Assembly (NCBI RefSeq): GCF_006345805.1
Contig: NC_043000.1
Span: forward strand, 44,640,001-44,704,000
Direction of reading: 5' to 3'
Origin: Octopus sinensis
Taxonomy: Eukaryota
DNA: 64,000 nt
Positions 1-13,025 of the stretch are shown piece by piece. The notes under the pieces are model-generated. The model saw only the letters and a list, made by a program, of their open reading frames with translations, was not told the origin of the DNA and searched no databases. Position numbers and translations under genes: made by a program. Each line of letters opens with the position of its first letter. The stretch's first letter is position 1.

Positions 1-2060
1 AAAGTTATATCCGAACATGTGGATACGTGCGAGTAAGAGCCATTGAAAAAGTTTGAAGAGTTCGAAATGCATCTCGCATTCTTGCTGCCTAGTGTTGCAT
101 TGCATTTTCAGCTACTTGCGATATTTTTTGAAGTGCATGCTCATAGGGAATGTTATCTCCGAATAAATACTGTAGTAACTAGATATCAACAGTGCATATA
201 TATTAGATACGATGCATACATTCCGAGACATACACGCACACACACATACACGCACACACAAACACTCACACATATATAGATATGGATATGGATGTGTATG
301 AAAACCATAACAAGTTAAATTTCAAATCATATTTTGGAATTATTATTTCATTTATTTGCATGCATCAGTCTTGGAGAGATTTCTTTTGTCCCTTCGATGT
401 TAGGATAAATTTTCATTAAACTGGTTTGCAATAACTTTGGCAGAAGTATTTTATTCTGAGTCAAAATACAGAATCAGATATGTTTGTTATGAAATTTTTA
501 TTATATACTCCTTTTCTCCATACTGCGCAATTACAGGATTAAAACAAAATATGACAAGAAACAATATTCAAATATTCCATTATACGCACACACGCGCACT
601 CACACACACATTTATATGTATATATGATTGCGTGTGTGCTTGTGGATATATTTCTATTGTATTGATCTGCATACGGTGTCATTCTGTTAGTAAATACGAC
701 AGTTTTAGTAGCTAGTATTTAATAAACCTTATTTCTTTTACATGACAGTCTATTTATTTCTTTTTCAAAGATATTGTCTTCATGCCAGAAATAATTCTGA
801 ATCATTCTAATTGCTTCTGGAATGTATGCGGTGATTTAAAGCTAAAATTAATAGATGTACATGTTATTATCCACTTGTAAAAAAAAAAAAAAAAGCGAAA
901 AACAGAGATGTATCTAACTATTTTCATTGCAAAATGATTGCTCATGACAAAAGTTGGATCCGGCACATTTGTTGCCTTACAAAAGTAAGATTAATAACGC
1001 AATTCGTATCCGGGTCACGTTCCATGCCTTTTACTATTTTAATGATATGGTGGCAACTGAAAGGATATATAATAATTATTTCTGATTATGAGTAAGAACG
1101 GGGAATAATTCAGAATTCAAAACTTAAATAATGCTATAATCTGCAGCCTTCAACCAGACTAGCTTCCTCAACTGTTCGATGTTGAGCGTCAAATACATCT
1201 GCACATATTCCTCTGAGTGATCGACAATCAATCAAAGCATATGACGAAGCTAAAGGTGACAAATTTGCAGTGCCAATTTTCTAGAGTAAAATTTCTATCA
1301 ATAAACCACGTTTGAAGTCACAAGAGGATATGAACGATCGTATTTGGTTTCATAACTTTTATTGCCGGACTATTTTCTTAACTTATAATTATCAGGGTTT
1401 GGTATCAATTTGTAAACAGATTTAACCTAGGGTGCGCACGGTTCTGAATCGTATCAATAAGACACGTTGTTGTACAAATCTCTTCACGAGAGGAGCATAT
1501 TATGTATAGCCTACTGATGTAAGTATAAAGGCACTGTGTAATTGAAAAAAGCTCCATATAAACAAGATTAGTACGCATGTGCACACATGAGAAACACCAA
1601 CACCGCATACTTATACTCATACATTCATTGTAATCAATGATTATTTTATATATTCATGTGTCCCTCTTGATGATCTTCATGAAAACACACACTATATTTT
1701 AATACATATTGATTACGAGCTCCATATAGATGTTCAAACATTATATATATATATATATATATGTAAGATTAAAGAGAGAGAGAACTATTTATATAAGTGT
1801 ATATGTATGTGTGATTGTAGTATAAACATATTTCTCCATGAATCAATCATATAAAATATAGTAATATACCTTATTGTAAAACCAATTTATAAAAACGAGA
1901 AAGAATGAAACGTTCATAATATTATGTATGTTGAATATCAATGAAGTATTTGACTGTTTCTAGACTAAAATAAATATAAGACGAAGATTAATTTCAATTA
2001 TTCAAGTCCTCCCTCGTTTGCACACATAGTCGATCGCACACTTACATAAATTCATACATA

Positions 2061-2230
2061 CATACACACATGTGTGTGCATGCGTGTGTGTGTGTGCATG
2101 CGTGTGTGTGTGTGCATCCGTGTGTGTGTGTGCATGCGTGTGTGTGTGTGTGCATGCGTGTGTGTGTGTGCATGCGTGTGTGTGTGTGCATCCGTGTGTG
2201 TGTGGTGCATGCGTGTGTGTGTGTGCATGC
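2061..2230. repeat. Compound (GT)n minisatellite with recurring GCAT(G/C)C interruptions
   Basis: Repeated units of gcatgc/gcatcc followed by 5-7 GT dinucleotides. The HTHTHA/CVCVCA ORFs here are artefacts of this repeat. Confidence 0.95.
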
Positions 2231-2299
2231 GGTGTTCGCTTAATTTCCTTATATGATTTCCTGTTAGATGTGTGCAGCTGATTTCTATATTCATTCAAA

Positions 2300-3290
2300 A
2301 TCCGGAAACCTGGTAAAGTTGTGCTAGTATGCTACAGAAAGTTTAATTGATACACATAGCTCTCTTCAGAATCATAGGACGTTTTGGAGATTGTAGAGAT
2401 ATCGACATCGTAGTCCTCACTATAGCGGCTATTTCTCGTACTTTATGTTGTTGGCCTTTGTTATTGAGAACTAGTCCTGAATTCTCTGGTAAAATCAGTG
2501 TTTACGCTTTGCTTTGAAAATTGCCTTTTCTTCTTACTCTTGGGACATTTAGTTCCAAATAGCTTTGAGGTTTTATTTGCTACTTCTTTTTTCTCCCCTT
2601 CTAATATTCGGAAAATGATCTTCGACTGTGGATTTCCCTCTGTGGTATTTGTTTTCCGATTGTTGATCCCGATATTTTCGAATATATTCTGTTGCCTATC
2701 TCTGCTATATTAGGATTCTTTAAAATGTAGGCCCAAGAGTTGCTTCAGAAGTTTGTCTTTCATCACAAGAGCATAACCGGTTTACCTTAATTGGTTTTTG
2801 ATGACGGAAGCTTTTGGTTCATTCAGCAAGCAAACTGCATCCATCAGTTGTGCAATAATATTAAATAAAACTCAGAGAAAGAGAGGAATAAACCAACAAT
2901 ACATGAACTATATCATCAAGAATATGCACATAAATACTTTAGAAAATCCAGAAAGGGAAATAAATCTTATTGCCTCCAGCTGTCATTCCTATGTTATTTC
3001 GGTTCCTATATTGTCTTGTACATGATAATTACTGTATTTTATCGGATGCCACGATTATGAAAGGCTCTTCTCTCGGATACATCCATTATTTAAAATGATA
3101 TCGAATATCTTGTAAGATACTAAAAAGTGGTTCCCGTTTTCCAAGGGATTATTACTACTAAGTTGAATTAATGGCTTTATCCGGTTTAAATCACTTGGTG
3201 ATTGTTAGGAAAGGCTTCTATACCTTTATGTTAGAGTTTGCTATTATGCACGTTTGAACCAGTCAAAATCTACTACATTTATATAGAGGA
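2300..3290 (-). mobile_element. Degenerate retroelement remnant, probably the N-terminal region of a Penelope-like ORF
   Basis: The minus strand gives a stop-interrupted basic frame (NIIAQLMDAVCLLNEPKASVIKNQL...KSKKKRQFSKQSVNTDFTREFRT). It resembles cephalopod Penelope-like sequence as I recall it, but contains no catalytic motif. Confidence 0.4.
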
Positions 3291-3299
3291 GACAAAAAG

Positions 3300-3760
3300 T
3301 AGAAAACGGAAATGATCCTTCAGTGAGTTTGGGAGTTAGCAGAAAGAGAGAAAGAGAACGGGAGAAGGGAGTGAAACGTTGGAGAAATCATGGTAAGAAA
3401 AATGTAGAAAAGGCATATGCAATAAGGGACGATAATGAAATGAAGTTAGAGTAGGAAGAGGGAAGGGGAATTAAGTTTGCTCATCGGAATTTCCCGTTAT
3501 ATATAGGGTGCTGTTCATTAGCGACACCAAGAAAGATAAAAGTGATAGGGATTGAGCAGGAAGTATTTATATAGGCAATGTAAGTTAAAAAGAACGGAAG
3601 ACACCTTCGAGTTTGCTGATAGCAAAGAGAGAAAGGTAGTATAGATGGAAGAAGGAAGAGAGAGGGAAGGAGAGATGGAAGATGGAGGGAAATCGAGGAA
3701 GGGAAAGGGAGGGGAGAGGATGCGATAGGTAGGAGGAAACAGTGAAATACTGGACAGAAT
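3300..3760. repeat. Purine-rich (GA/GGA) low-complexity tract
   Basis: Runs of gaag/ggag/gaga; the minus-strand Ser/Pro/Leu-rich ORFs reflect base composition. Confidence 0.7.
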
Positions 3761-3924
3761 CATAAACATTTTCCATTTTTTGGAAGTAAATTATTACGAC
3801 TCCTTTCGAACCTCAGATGTTTAAAATTTTACATCAAAACAACCCTTTTTAAATCAGCTTTATTTGTCATTGTCAGTGAAAACGTGCACATTGTATGTTT
3901 AATATTAAATTTCACTCCCCTAAG

Positions 3925-4770
3925 ATGAATGAACTGAAAGTGAATATCCGACATGATGCTATGGAAGTTTAAAAATGGAAAAACGCCACAGGAACAGCTA
4001 AGGAAGTATGCAGTGCTTATGACCAAGGTCTCGCTACTGAACAGCAAGTGCGTAATTGATTTCATAGTTTTGTTCTGGGGATTTAATATTGAGAGATCAA
4101 CTCAGAAACCAGGACGCTTATCAGACTTCGATGAAGGTGGTTTAAGACAATTAGCAGAACTCAATCCTCGTAAAAGTACTCGGGAATACGCAATTGTCCT
4201 CAAGACATCTTAATATAGCATTTGCCGCCACTTGCAAAAGATAGGACAAGTGAGTAATCAGGATGTTTGGGTTCCCTATACTCTTAATGAGAAAAACAGG
4301 GAAAATCGCATGCCCATAGTGGCAAGTCTTCTTTCAAAGCATCGTTTTCCTGTTATATCATTACAGGTGATGGAAAATGTGTCTTTTATGACAACGTGCA
4401 ACGCAAAAGGCAGTGGATTGACAAGAATAAATTTCCACAACCTACCTCAAGAACTGAGCTCCATAGAAGGAAGGTTATGTTGTGTGTATGACACCGCGTA
4501 ATCATTCATTCTAAATTTTTAAACTGCAATCAAGTATTAAATGCCGACTTATAGTCTCAACAGCTGCAACATATGCATGGAATATTTTTAAGAAAACGCG
4601 ATTCACTCATCAATAGGAGAAACGTTGTGCACGACCACTTTTAGCAAGAACCACGCAGGAAAAAATAATGGATTTGGGAAAGTCTCTTGTAGCCAATCCA
4701 CCATTTTCACCAGACCTTGCACTAACTGATTGCCATTCTTTCGCTCTCTAAGAAATACTGCCAGGTAAAT
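3925..4770 (+). mobile_element. Mariner (DD34D-type) transposase pseudogene, truncated
   Basis: Frameshifted translation: IRHMMLWKFKNGK; PGRLSDFDEGGLRQLAELNPRKSTRE; WVPYTL (WVPHEL-like); ITGDGKCVFYDN; PPFSPDLALTD (YSPDLAPxD-like). Confidence 0.9.
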
Positions 4771-5106
4771 GTATACACATACATAGTATTTATTGCATAA
4801 TATTGCAATATAGATTAGGTGAAATTCGGATGAAACAATTGCAAGTTTAAATATTAAAACACTTGCTCCACTTGAGTTTTGCTGTTTATCCTATTAAAAC
4901 CTTTGTGGATTTCCTTGCATGAAGAAACAACCTTCAGATTACTGTCTTTGCCTCGTAGCTAATCACATTGGATGCGTTTAATACGTAAGGTCCAGGGTTA
5001 ACCTCCCAACAAAATTATTATATCTATGTGTCTATCTACGTCTATATCCTTGTATATATGTATATATATATATATGGATATATATGTGGATATATATATA
5101 TATATA

Positions 5107-5366
5107 CACTGTGGTGTCTGGGGAGAGTAATTTTCTTTTTGCGCCTTATAATATAACACACTAACTTGTAAAATTTCCACTTTTTTCTTATTTTTATTTT
5201 CCTAAAATTTCAATAGTTCTGACTCTAGATTCAGAACTATTGAAAAGGCTTCGAGACGCAACGAAAATTTTAGGAAAATAAAAATAAGATGAAAGTAGAA
5301 ATTTTAGCGGTGATTGTGTTATATTATAAGGCACAAAAAGAAAATTACTCTCCCCAGACACAATAG
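5107..5366. mobile_element. Foldback/MITE-like element with about 100-bp terminal inverted repeats
   Basis: 5113-5212 is the imperfect reverse complement of 5263-5362 (tgtctggggagagtaattttctttttgcgccttataatataacac / gtgttatattataaggcacaaaaagaaaattactctccccagaca). The left end is TA|CACTG, which is Tc1-like. Confidence 0.75.
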
Positions 5367-6509
5367 AAAATGCTTCAACACACGAACTCATATAAAGGAT
5401 CTTGCAAACCAAATCCCAAAACGAAATATATATACACATACACTCGCGCTGATGCACACATGTATATTCATACATATAAAGAGAGTATATACACATATAG
5501 AATCAGTAGGTACATTGCAGAAACATGTTTCAGGAAATTATACCATAACGTGGAATTCCATTACGCAAAGCATAATTTCAACTGGCATAAATTCTACATA
5601 AAAGCCAGTATATATAATTTTGCGTAGATACATATACCTATATGTATGTGTGTTTATGCGTGCGTGTGTGAGTATGTGTGCGTGTTTTGTGCGTATGTAT
5701 GCGTGTGTATTTATATTTATACTTACAAATACAGGCAAGCACACATACGAGACTACTCCTTAATTCAGACAAAATATAAAAGCCGCTCTCCAATTCCGGT
5801 TGTTTGTGGATACATCAAAGCATTATATTAATTATGGTAACGAAGTTAGTTATTGTTGCAGAACGTTGTATATGTATTTAGATATATTTAGAAAGCTTTT
5901 GAACTGAAGGAACTCAATACATTTGTTTACTTTATCACTGTTGGTAATATTTTGGCAAATAACATAAGCACTAATATGTAGACAAAATATAATAATTTCC
6001 CTCATAGAATAAAAAAAGTATGTGTGCTCATACTTTTATATACAAATATAGGTGTGCGTGTGCACTTTTGTGTTACTGCACACACGCACAGACAAACACA
6101 GAGACTCATGAACGCACATAGACTCAAATATAAGCCAAATATATCTGACTTATATGTATGTATTTAAAGAAGCACACACATACGCACTGACATATGCATA
6201 TATACCTATATACCTATACATATACATGTATATATATATATGTGTGTGTATATGTGTACACACACACATGCACACAAACACATATATATATATACATATA
6301 TACTGACGGTACCCCCAGTATAGCCACAGCCACAGGGCTGAAACATATAAAAGAATTAAAGAATAGAAGAATACATACATATATATGTATGTATTAATAA
6401 ACATAATGTGACCTTTAAAAAAATAACATTTGCCTTTCACTAGCTGGAGTACATTTTTTTGTTGAATTTTCTATCGTGGATCAGTACATTATATACATAT
6501 GCATATACA

Positions 6510-6535
<26 letters not shown>

Positions 6536-6603
<68 letters not shown>

Positions 6604-6612
6604 TATATATAA
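6536..6612. repeat. (TA)n microsatellite, preceded by (TACA)n
   Basis: Directly visible. Confidence 0.95.
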
Positions 6613-6736
6613 AATCAAAATAAGCAACAAGGATATCCAGAAGTAATGCAGTACGATCGTTTCATGCGACTCCATTTAATTGAACAATGCAAATATTACA
6701 TCAGTTTTAAAATGTAGGGCAATCTTAAGCTGCATA
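6613..6736. repeat. Dispersed repeat (ggatatccagaagtaatgcagtacgatcgtttcatgcgactccatttaattg), possible PLE terminal repeat
   Basis: The same sequence forms both arms of the palindrome at 15684-15828. The PLE assignment is inference. Confidence 0.6.
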
Positions 6737-6962
6737 AAAATATAGAATTTAGTTACATCCAAAGGATTCATTTGTATAGTTACTCAATTAACCAAAATCA
6801 CAAAGGGGATAAGTAGATAGGACATGTTTCATGAACAATACCATAGTAGTAACTACTAGGTTATTGCTTATGAAATATGTCCTATCTACTTCTCTTTGTG
6901 ATTTTGGTTAATTGAATAACTATACAAATGAATCATTTGGATATAACTAAATTCTATATTTT
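6737..6962. repeat. About 225-bp imperfect palindrome (fold-back)
   Basis: 6737-6849 is the reverse complement of 6853-6962 with scattered mismatches; the loop is taa at 6850-6852. Confidence 0.9.
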
Positions 6963-7166
6963 ACTTGTTTCAGTCATTTGCTTGCCGCAATGCTGGAGCA
7001 CCACCTTCAGGCGAGCAAATCGACATCAGGAGTTATTCTTTGTAAGCATAGTACTTATTCTATCGGTCCCTTTTGTCGAACCGCTAATTTACGTGGACGT
7101 AAACACACCGGCATCGATTGCCTGGTGATGTTGGGGGGAAAACATATACACAAACACGCACACACA

Positions 7167-7218
<52 letters not shown>

Positions 7219-7382
7219 CGACGGGTTTCTTTCAGTTTCCGTCTACCGCATTCACTAACAAGGCTTTGGTCGGCCCGAAGCTATAAAAGAAGACACTTGC
7301 CCAAGGTGCCACGCAGTGAGACTGAACCCGGAACCATGTGGTTGGCAAGCAAGCTACTTACCACACAGCCACTACTGTGCCT
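6957..7382 (-). mobile_element. tRNA-derived SINE, family A, full length with internal (CA)/(TA) microsatellite
   Basis: The minus-strand head reads gtggctgtgtggtaagtagcttgcttgccaaccacatggttccgggttcagtctc (A/B-box-like). Body and tail are shared with the copies at 17120-17520, 19649-19744 and 44409-44615. Confidence 0.9.
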
Positions 7383-9269
7383 ATATTTGTGTGTGTGTTA
7401 TGTGTGTATGAATGTATATATATATATATATATATCTCATGTATATATATGTGTGTGTGTGTATACGTATATATATATATATGTATGTGTATCTGTGTTG
7501 GCGCCTGTATGCCCTCTGTGTGTGGGTGTGTGTGTGTATATATTTGACTTTGATAATCTTATCTGAATGAGCAAAATGTCCACGATACTATATCACCTAC
7601 ATCGCTATTAATAGGTAACTTATCTTTATTTCTCATCTCTTATATGTTTCAAGCGTTTGCCTGAACAAATCTTATAAAGCTTTTATTGCTGTATAAGATT
7701 TGTTCAGAGTTGCCTATCTTGGATTCTTCCCGTTGATTAAAGCCAGCTATCTTGAAACATCACTGTCTAGGATTCCTGACAGATGGCGATACTGAACAAA
7801 TACAGTGTTTTCACACCTTTTTATCATAAGAGAAATATTTTGTCTACAGTAATTGCAGTAAATTTTAACTAACCTAAATTTTGCTTATGCCTAGACACAG
7901 GATGGTACTAACATTTAAGTATATATATATTTATATATATAAGAGAGTTTGTATGTGTGTGTGTATGTGTTTGTGTTTGTGTGTGCGTATGTCCAAAACC
8001 GAATTGATGATTTTGACGTATGGGGTATCAATAGATTCACTAGGGTTTTGGCTACCAAATAAACTATATTTTCATTCACATGTTTGCATTACAAAAAAAT
8101 AACATTGTCATTTTTCTTTTAGTCACCTATCGTAAACGACATTTTATACCACGACAACGACAATGATGTCGCATTTTCTATATGAATGTGTTCGCGCGTT
8201 CGATGACTGACAAGTATATGTGTGTGACGGTGTATGTGTCTGTCAGTATACATACATTTCTGTGACGACTGACATACAAACACACACATCTAAAGACACA
8301 GACAAACACAGGGACAGAGATAGGCTTCAGGTGTGCGTTAATGTGTGAGTGTGCGTGTCTCAGTTTATGTATGTAACTTTCTCCCGCCCAGCAGTGAAAC
8401 GCGCCGATATTGAAAGTTTAGTTGCAGCCTGGACTTTAAACGAACAACATCGTTCACTTTGAAGTACTTCTAACATGAAGATTTGGCTGATTTAACACCA
8501 CTCAGAATACACGCAAATATATTTTTTTTTAAATGTCATTCTAGTTATTAAAGCTAATTCGAAAACTTGGTGAAGCAGACGGCGTCAGCGGCTTTTTCAA
8601 TAAAATTACAGAAATGTTATTCCACTCCTTCTGAGCAGTTACAAGATAATTCTTAACAGTCCTTCTAAGCTTCCTCATCACTGTGAGCATCAACGTCGCA
8701 TAATCTTTTTACTGCATAAGTCAGTATTTATTCTACAGCCTGTAACGTTACACAGTTAAAAAATATGTAGTAATATCAAATTAATTTATATCTCGCTACA
8801 CACATACTTCACCAAATATTTTAAGTTAACGTTCACAACATCAGCACCTTCTTTTCTATACACTCGCTTCAGTGTTCGTTTCAAAATTGTAAAATAAATT
8901 ATTTTTTTATGAATATGTGAATTATGCTTTTTGGATTTTCTTGAACTTTCACTTTCTTCATCGTGATATTCAATCATGAATTTTATAACATTTAGTACAC
9001 GTTCCAAATAAATGTTGACTTTGTGTAATTTATTACATTGTTGACGCATAGTAACTTTTACTAAAATGATGACTTTCCATTTTTTTATAGTATAACTATG
9101 TTACAAAAAATATGTTTGGCACCTATATTGACTATATTTCGTTTCGCTTGAACTTTGTGTGCGTACATTTTTCTGTTTTTAATATTATCAATTCAATGTG
9201 TTTGTGTTTCTGCACTCGTTACGTCTATAGTAAACTATATTAAAGAACATTTTATGCTGTTTTCATGAT

Positions 9270-9475
9270 CCCATATCTAATGAAGTAGCCATCCTTATGG
9301 TTGGTGATTCCCATGAAAATCACTCGTGTTCGTGATAACAAACTTAAATGCGTTTTACAGACTCATCCCTCTTATCATGCTCTCCAGCATACTCTTATTC
9401 TGTAGAATGGGCTAGATGGGTATCATTTCAATATTCCACGGTTCGAACCTGCAACAGGGTAGCCAATTACAAACA
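9270..9475 (+). mobile_element. Helitron Rep-region fragment (pseudogene)
   Basis: Frameshifted translation PISNEVAILMVGDSHEN...LQTHPSYHALQHTLIL*NGLDGYHFNIP resembles the Helitron RepHel segment NEVA...THxSYDALQYPLIFWxGEDGYHFNI. Confidence 0.65.
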
Positions 9476-10197
9476 AATTGATGTTAAGACCACAGCAATC
9501 AAATCAATTACAAATATCAAATAAACTTTATTTTCATTTACATATTTTCTAGGTTATCGCAACAAGCTATAGTTATTTTAAATACACTTCTCTATAACTA
9601 CCAGGTTTCATTAGAACATGTAAATAGCTTTACAATTTCAATTTGAACCAAAATTACAAAGTGTTGCATTACGTGAGTGACGCTGTATGAATAATAAAAG
9701 TAATGTTTCTCCAAATTAGTCACATCTGTATTATAATAAGAAAGCTATTGTTGTATTTCGGAATGGTCATTTTGCCAGTTTAGCCAATGAAAACACACGC
9801 ACTATATATTTGGTGTTACTTTGCTTCAGTGTTATTTTTTACATTAAACTTAATATTATTTCGGCCAGAATTCTTTCGTCACACTCCTGTGACCGCATCA
9901 GTGGTCCTTTGCTTTCTCCTTTCTTATTTGGGTCTCTCCTTACAAACCGTCAGCCATGTTGTATTTCTATTGTATGTGTTTTCATTTGCCCATGCGTATA
10001 TCTCTATGTGCGTCTATGTTTAGTTAGTGTGTGTGGTGGGAATGCCTGTAATATGTGTATCTTCTGTTTATATACGTTTGTGTAATTTGTTTTTGTTTAT
10101 TCTTATTTTGTTCATGTGTTTACATCCACTTATTATTATTATTATCATTATCATTATTATTACGTATGCTTGTATGTATGTATGCCTAACAACAATA

Positions 10198-10200
10198 CTA

Positions 10201-10262
<62 letters not shown>

Positions 10263-10265
10263 TAT
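10198..10265. repeat. (TAA)n microsatellite
   Basis: Directly visible. Confidence 0.95.
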
Positions 10266-10359
10266 ACAAAATTAAATTTAAATTAAAAAAAGTATATAAA
10301 AAATATTTATATTAAAAAAAACCTATATAGTTATTTACTTCAATGTGTATATTTATCAG

Positions 10360-10470
10360 CTTTAGGTGTTTTCGCTCAATAAACACTCACAATGCCTGGT
10401 CTGGGAATCGAAACCGCGATCCTACAACCGCGAGTCCGCTGCCCTAACTACTGGGCCATTGCACTTCCAC
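10360..10470 (-). mobile_element. tRNA-derived SINE, family C, head-only copy
   Basis: Near-identical to 11627-11736, containing the tRNA-like head. Confidence 0.9.
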
Positions 10471-11268
10471 ATAAATACAAGCACGTGAGAACATGCGTAC
10501 ATATAGGGGCGTATATGTATACGTGTTTAATTATCGGTAACTGCTCATAAACAATTGAAAATTGTTATAGAAAATTGTAAATGATTCGAGTATATTTGAT
10601 ATATCATATTCTATCCAAATTCCAATTGATTCTGGCTATGAACAATGTAAGGAATTGTAAAGCCTGCTTGAAAATAAAGAGATACGGATTCAGGTACATA
10701 ATTTTTCATTAGATGTATCTTTTATATATTAAAAGTTACTTTTATAGAATTTGAGACACAATCACCTCTCCTGTAATTTGTATTTTTTTATGAAGATGCG
10801 GGTAGCACATTTTCGGTATATAGTCATTATTTTAATTATATGTAGTGATGTGTTTTGCTCCAAGCCAACAAAAATCGTGATCAAAGATCTAAAGCATTCC
10901 TGCCGTGTCACAAAAAGCCATTTTCTGCAAGATATTTCTCAACTACATTGTCGGATCCCACCTACCTTTCTTAACATGTGATTTTAGTGAAATATGGTGA
11001 CTAGTGAAGGCAAGCCGAACGAAGTTAGAGGTCAACTTTGAAATATTGTCAAAGATTTTACGTGAATAATTAAAAATGCTGGGTCTCTTCGTTAACGTTG
11101 ACATGCTTAATTTCTCGTAACACGATATGTCTTTCAATGTCGAGATTTGAGAGATCGTTGCTGAAAGTTTTATTATATGAGGACGTGTTGTTCAAAGAAT
11201 GTATTTCAATTGTCAGTATTTACATATATGTAGACGAGCATGCAAAAATGCATACGACAATATTTGCG

Positions 11269-11333
<65 letters not shown>

Positions 11334-11350
11334 AACGTACTTACACATAT

Positions 11351-11736
11351 ATGTGGAAGCACTGCGTCGGTTACGACGACGAGGGTTCCGGTTGATCCGA
11401 TCAACGGAACAGCCTGCTCGTGAAATTAACGTGTAAGTAACTGAGCACTCCACAGACACGTGTACCCTTAACGTAGTTCTCGGGGATATTCAGCGTGACA
11501 CAGAGAGTGACAAGGCCGGCCCTTTGATATACAGGTACAACAGAAACAGGAAGTAAGAGTGAGAGAAAGTTGTGGTGAAAGAGTACAGCAGGGATCACCA
11601 CCATCCCTGCCGGAGCCTCGTGGAACTTTAGGTGTTTTCGCTCAATAAACACTCACAACGCGCGGTCTGGGAATCGAAACCGCGATCCTACGACCGCGAG
11701 TCCGCTGCCCTAACCACTGGGCCATTGCGCCTCCAC
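11351..11736 (-). mobile_element. tRNA-derived SINE, family C, full length (tRNA-Arg-like head)
   Basis: The minus-strand head is gtggaggcgcaatggcccagtggttagggcagcggactcgcggtcgtaggatcgcggtttcgattcccag, with A box, B-box-like gtttcgattcc and TCG at the anticodon position. A second copy of the head is at 10360. Confidence 0.9.
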
Positions 11737-11841
11737 TTTACACATACTTAGATGCATACATACATACACCCATGCATATATATAGTCAGTTAAAAAAAAC
11801 AGTGAAGAAGCAAACGTGAGTACGTAGCACATGTATATATA

Positions 11842-13025
11842 TCAGGTCGTTAAGAATGAAGTGTCCGATGTTAAACTGAACGTTTATTTACTTTATCTCA
11901 ACAAAAACCAATGCAGCTGATCAAAGTATGCACCTAAATTATGAACACAATTTTTGCTATTTTATCGGTAGCTTATTTATGCTGGCAGCGAAGAATTCTG
12001 GAGAGCAAGAGGTGAGAAAATCGCAAATGGCTGTTTTTGCATCTCGAGATTTCAAGTTTTTTCTTTGCAAAAAGTTGTCTAAAGCCAGGAAAACGTTATA
12101 GTCATTTGGCGCGTGGTTTGGTGAATATAGTGCATGACAGTACTCCCATGTTCAGTTCCTGTAACTTGAGGAGGGTTCTTTGTGCAATATGTGGTCGAGC
12201 ATTGTCTTGCAATAGAATTGGTCTGTCTCTCTTGACCAATGTCGATTGTTTAATTGCAAGTTCACTCATCATTTCATCCAATTGGTCGATGTGTATGTCC
12301 GCTGAAATTAATATACCAGGTCTTATTAAGTTGTAGTGATTGACACCAGCGCTGGACTACAAAACATACACCATTAACTTTTTGTGGGTGAATATTCCTT
12401 TTTGGATAATGATTTGGCACTTTGTCTCTATCCAGCCACCGTGCAGAACGCTTGCTATTGTTGAAATGAATCCATTTTTCATCACACGTAACAAAATCAT
12501 GCAAAAGTGGTTCGCTTTTATGTCGTGACAGCAAAGAACAGCAAGTTTCAAGACGACGTGCCATTTGATGTTCGTTCAGTTCGGATGGCACCCAGTTGTC
12601 CAGCTTCTTTATCTTGCCGATTTGATTCAGATGGTCTAATACAGTTGCGATCGAAACATCAATCCTTGCTGTTAACTCATGCGTAGTGTGAGATGTATCA
12701 GCTCATTATTATCTACCTTGGTCTGAGTTCTACTACGAGGCTGATTCCAAGAGTACAGTTATCAGATGGCAACTTCTCAAACCATCGACGTAGCGTGCGC
12801 TCATTCGCCACATCTTCACCAATCACCTCATTGATGTTTCTGGAATATTCATCAATAACACGAATTTTTTTTATCTATCCATGGGTTCACAAATATAATC
12901 AGACACCGTGAATTGCATTTCAAAAAGTGATGATGAATAAAGACCTGTCAGGATAAAACTTTAGATTTAAGGACTGTCCATCTTGGTGCATAAGAAAATC
13001 GGACATTTCATTCTTAATGACCAGA
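11842..13025 (-). mobile_element. Complete but inactivated mariner transposon with 28-bp TIRs and TA target duplication
   Basis: TIRs are tcaggtcgttaagaatgaagtgtccgat (11842) and atcggacatttcattcttaatgaccaga (ending 13025), each flanked by TA. The minus-strand transposase shows WVPSELNEHQ, VTCDEKW and LLQDNARPH, with stops and frameshifts. Confidence 0.95.

Noticed and set aside
930-1525. GTAAG-type donor-like sites at about 986 and 1519 suggesting exons
   Set aside because: No open frame with a matching acceptor and no recognisable product.
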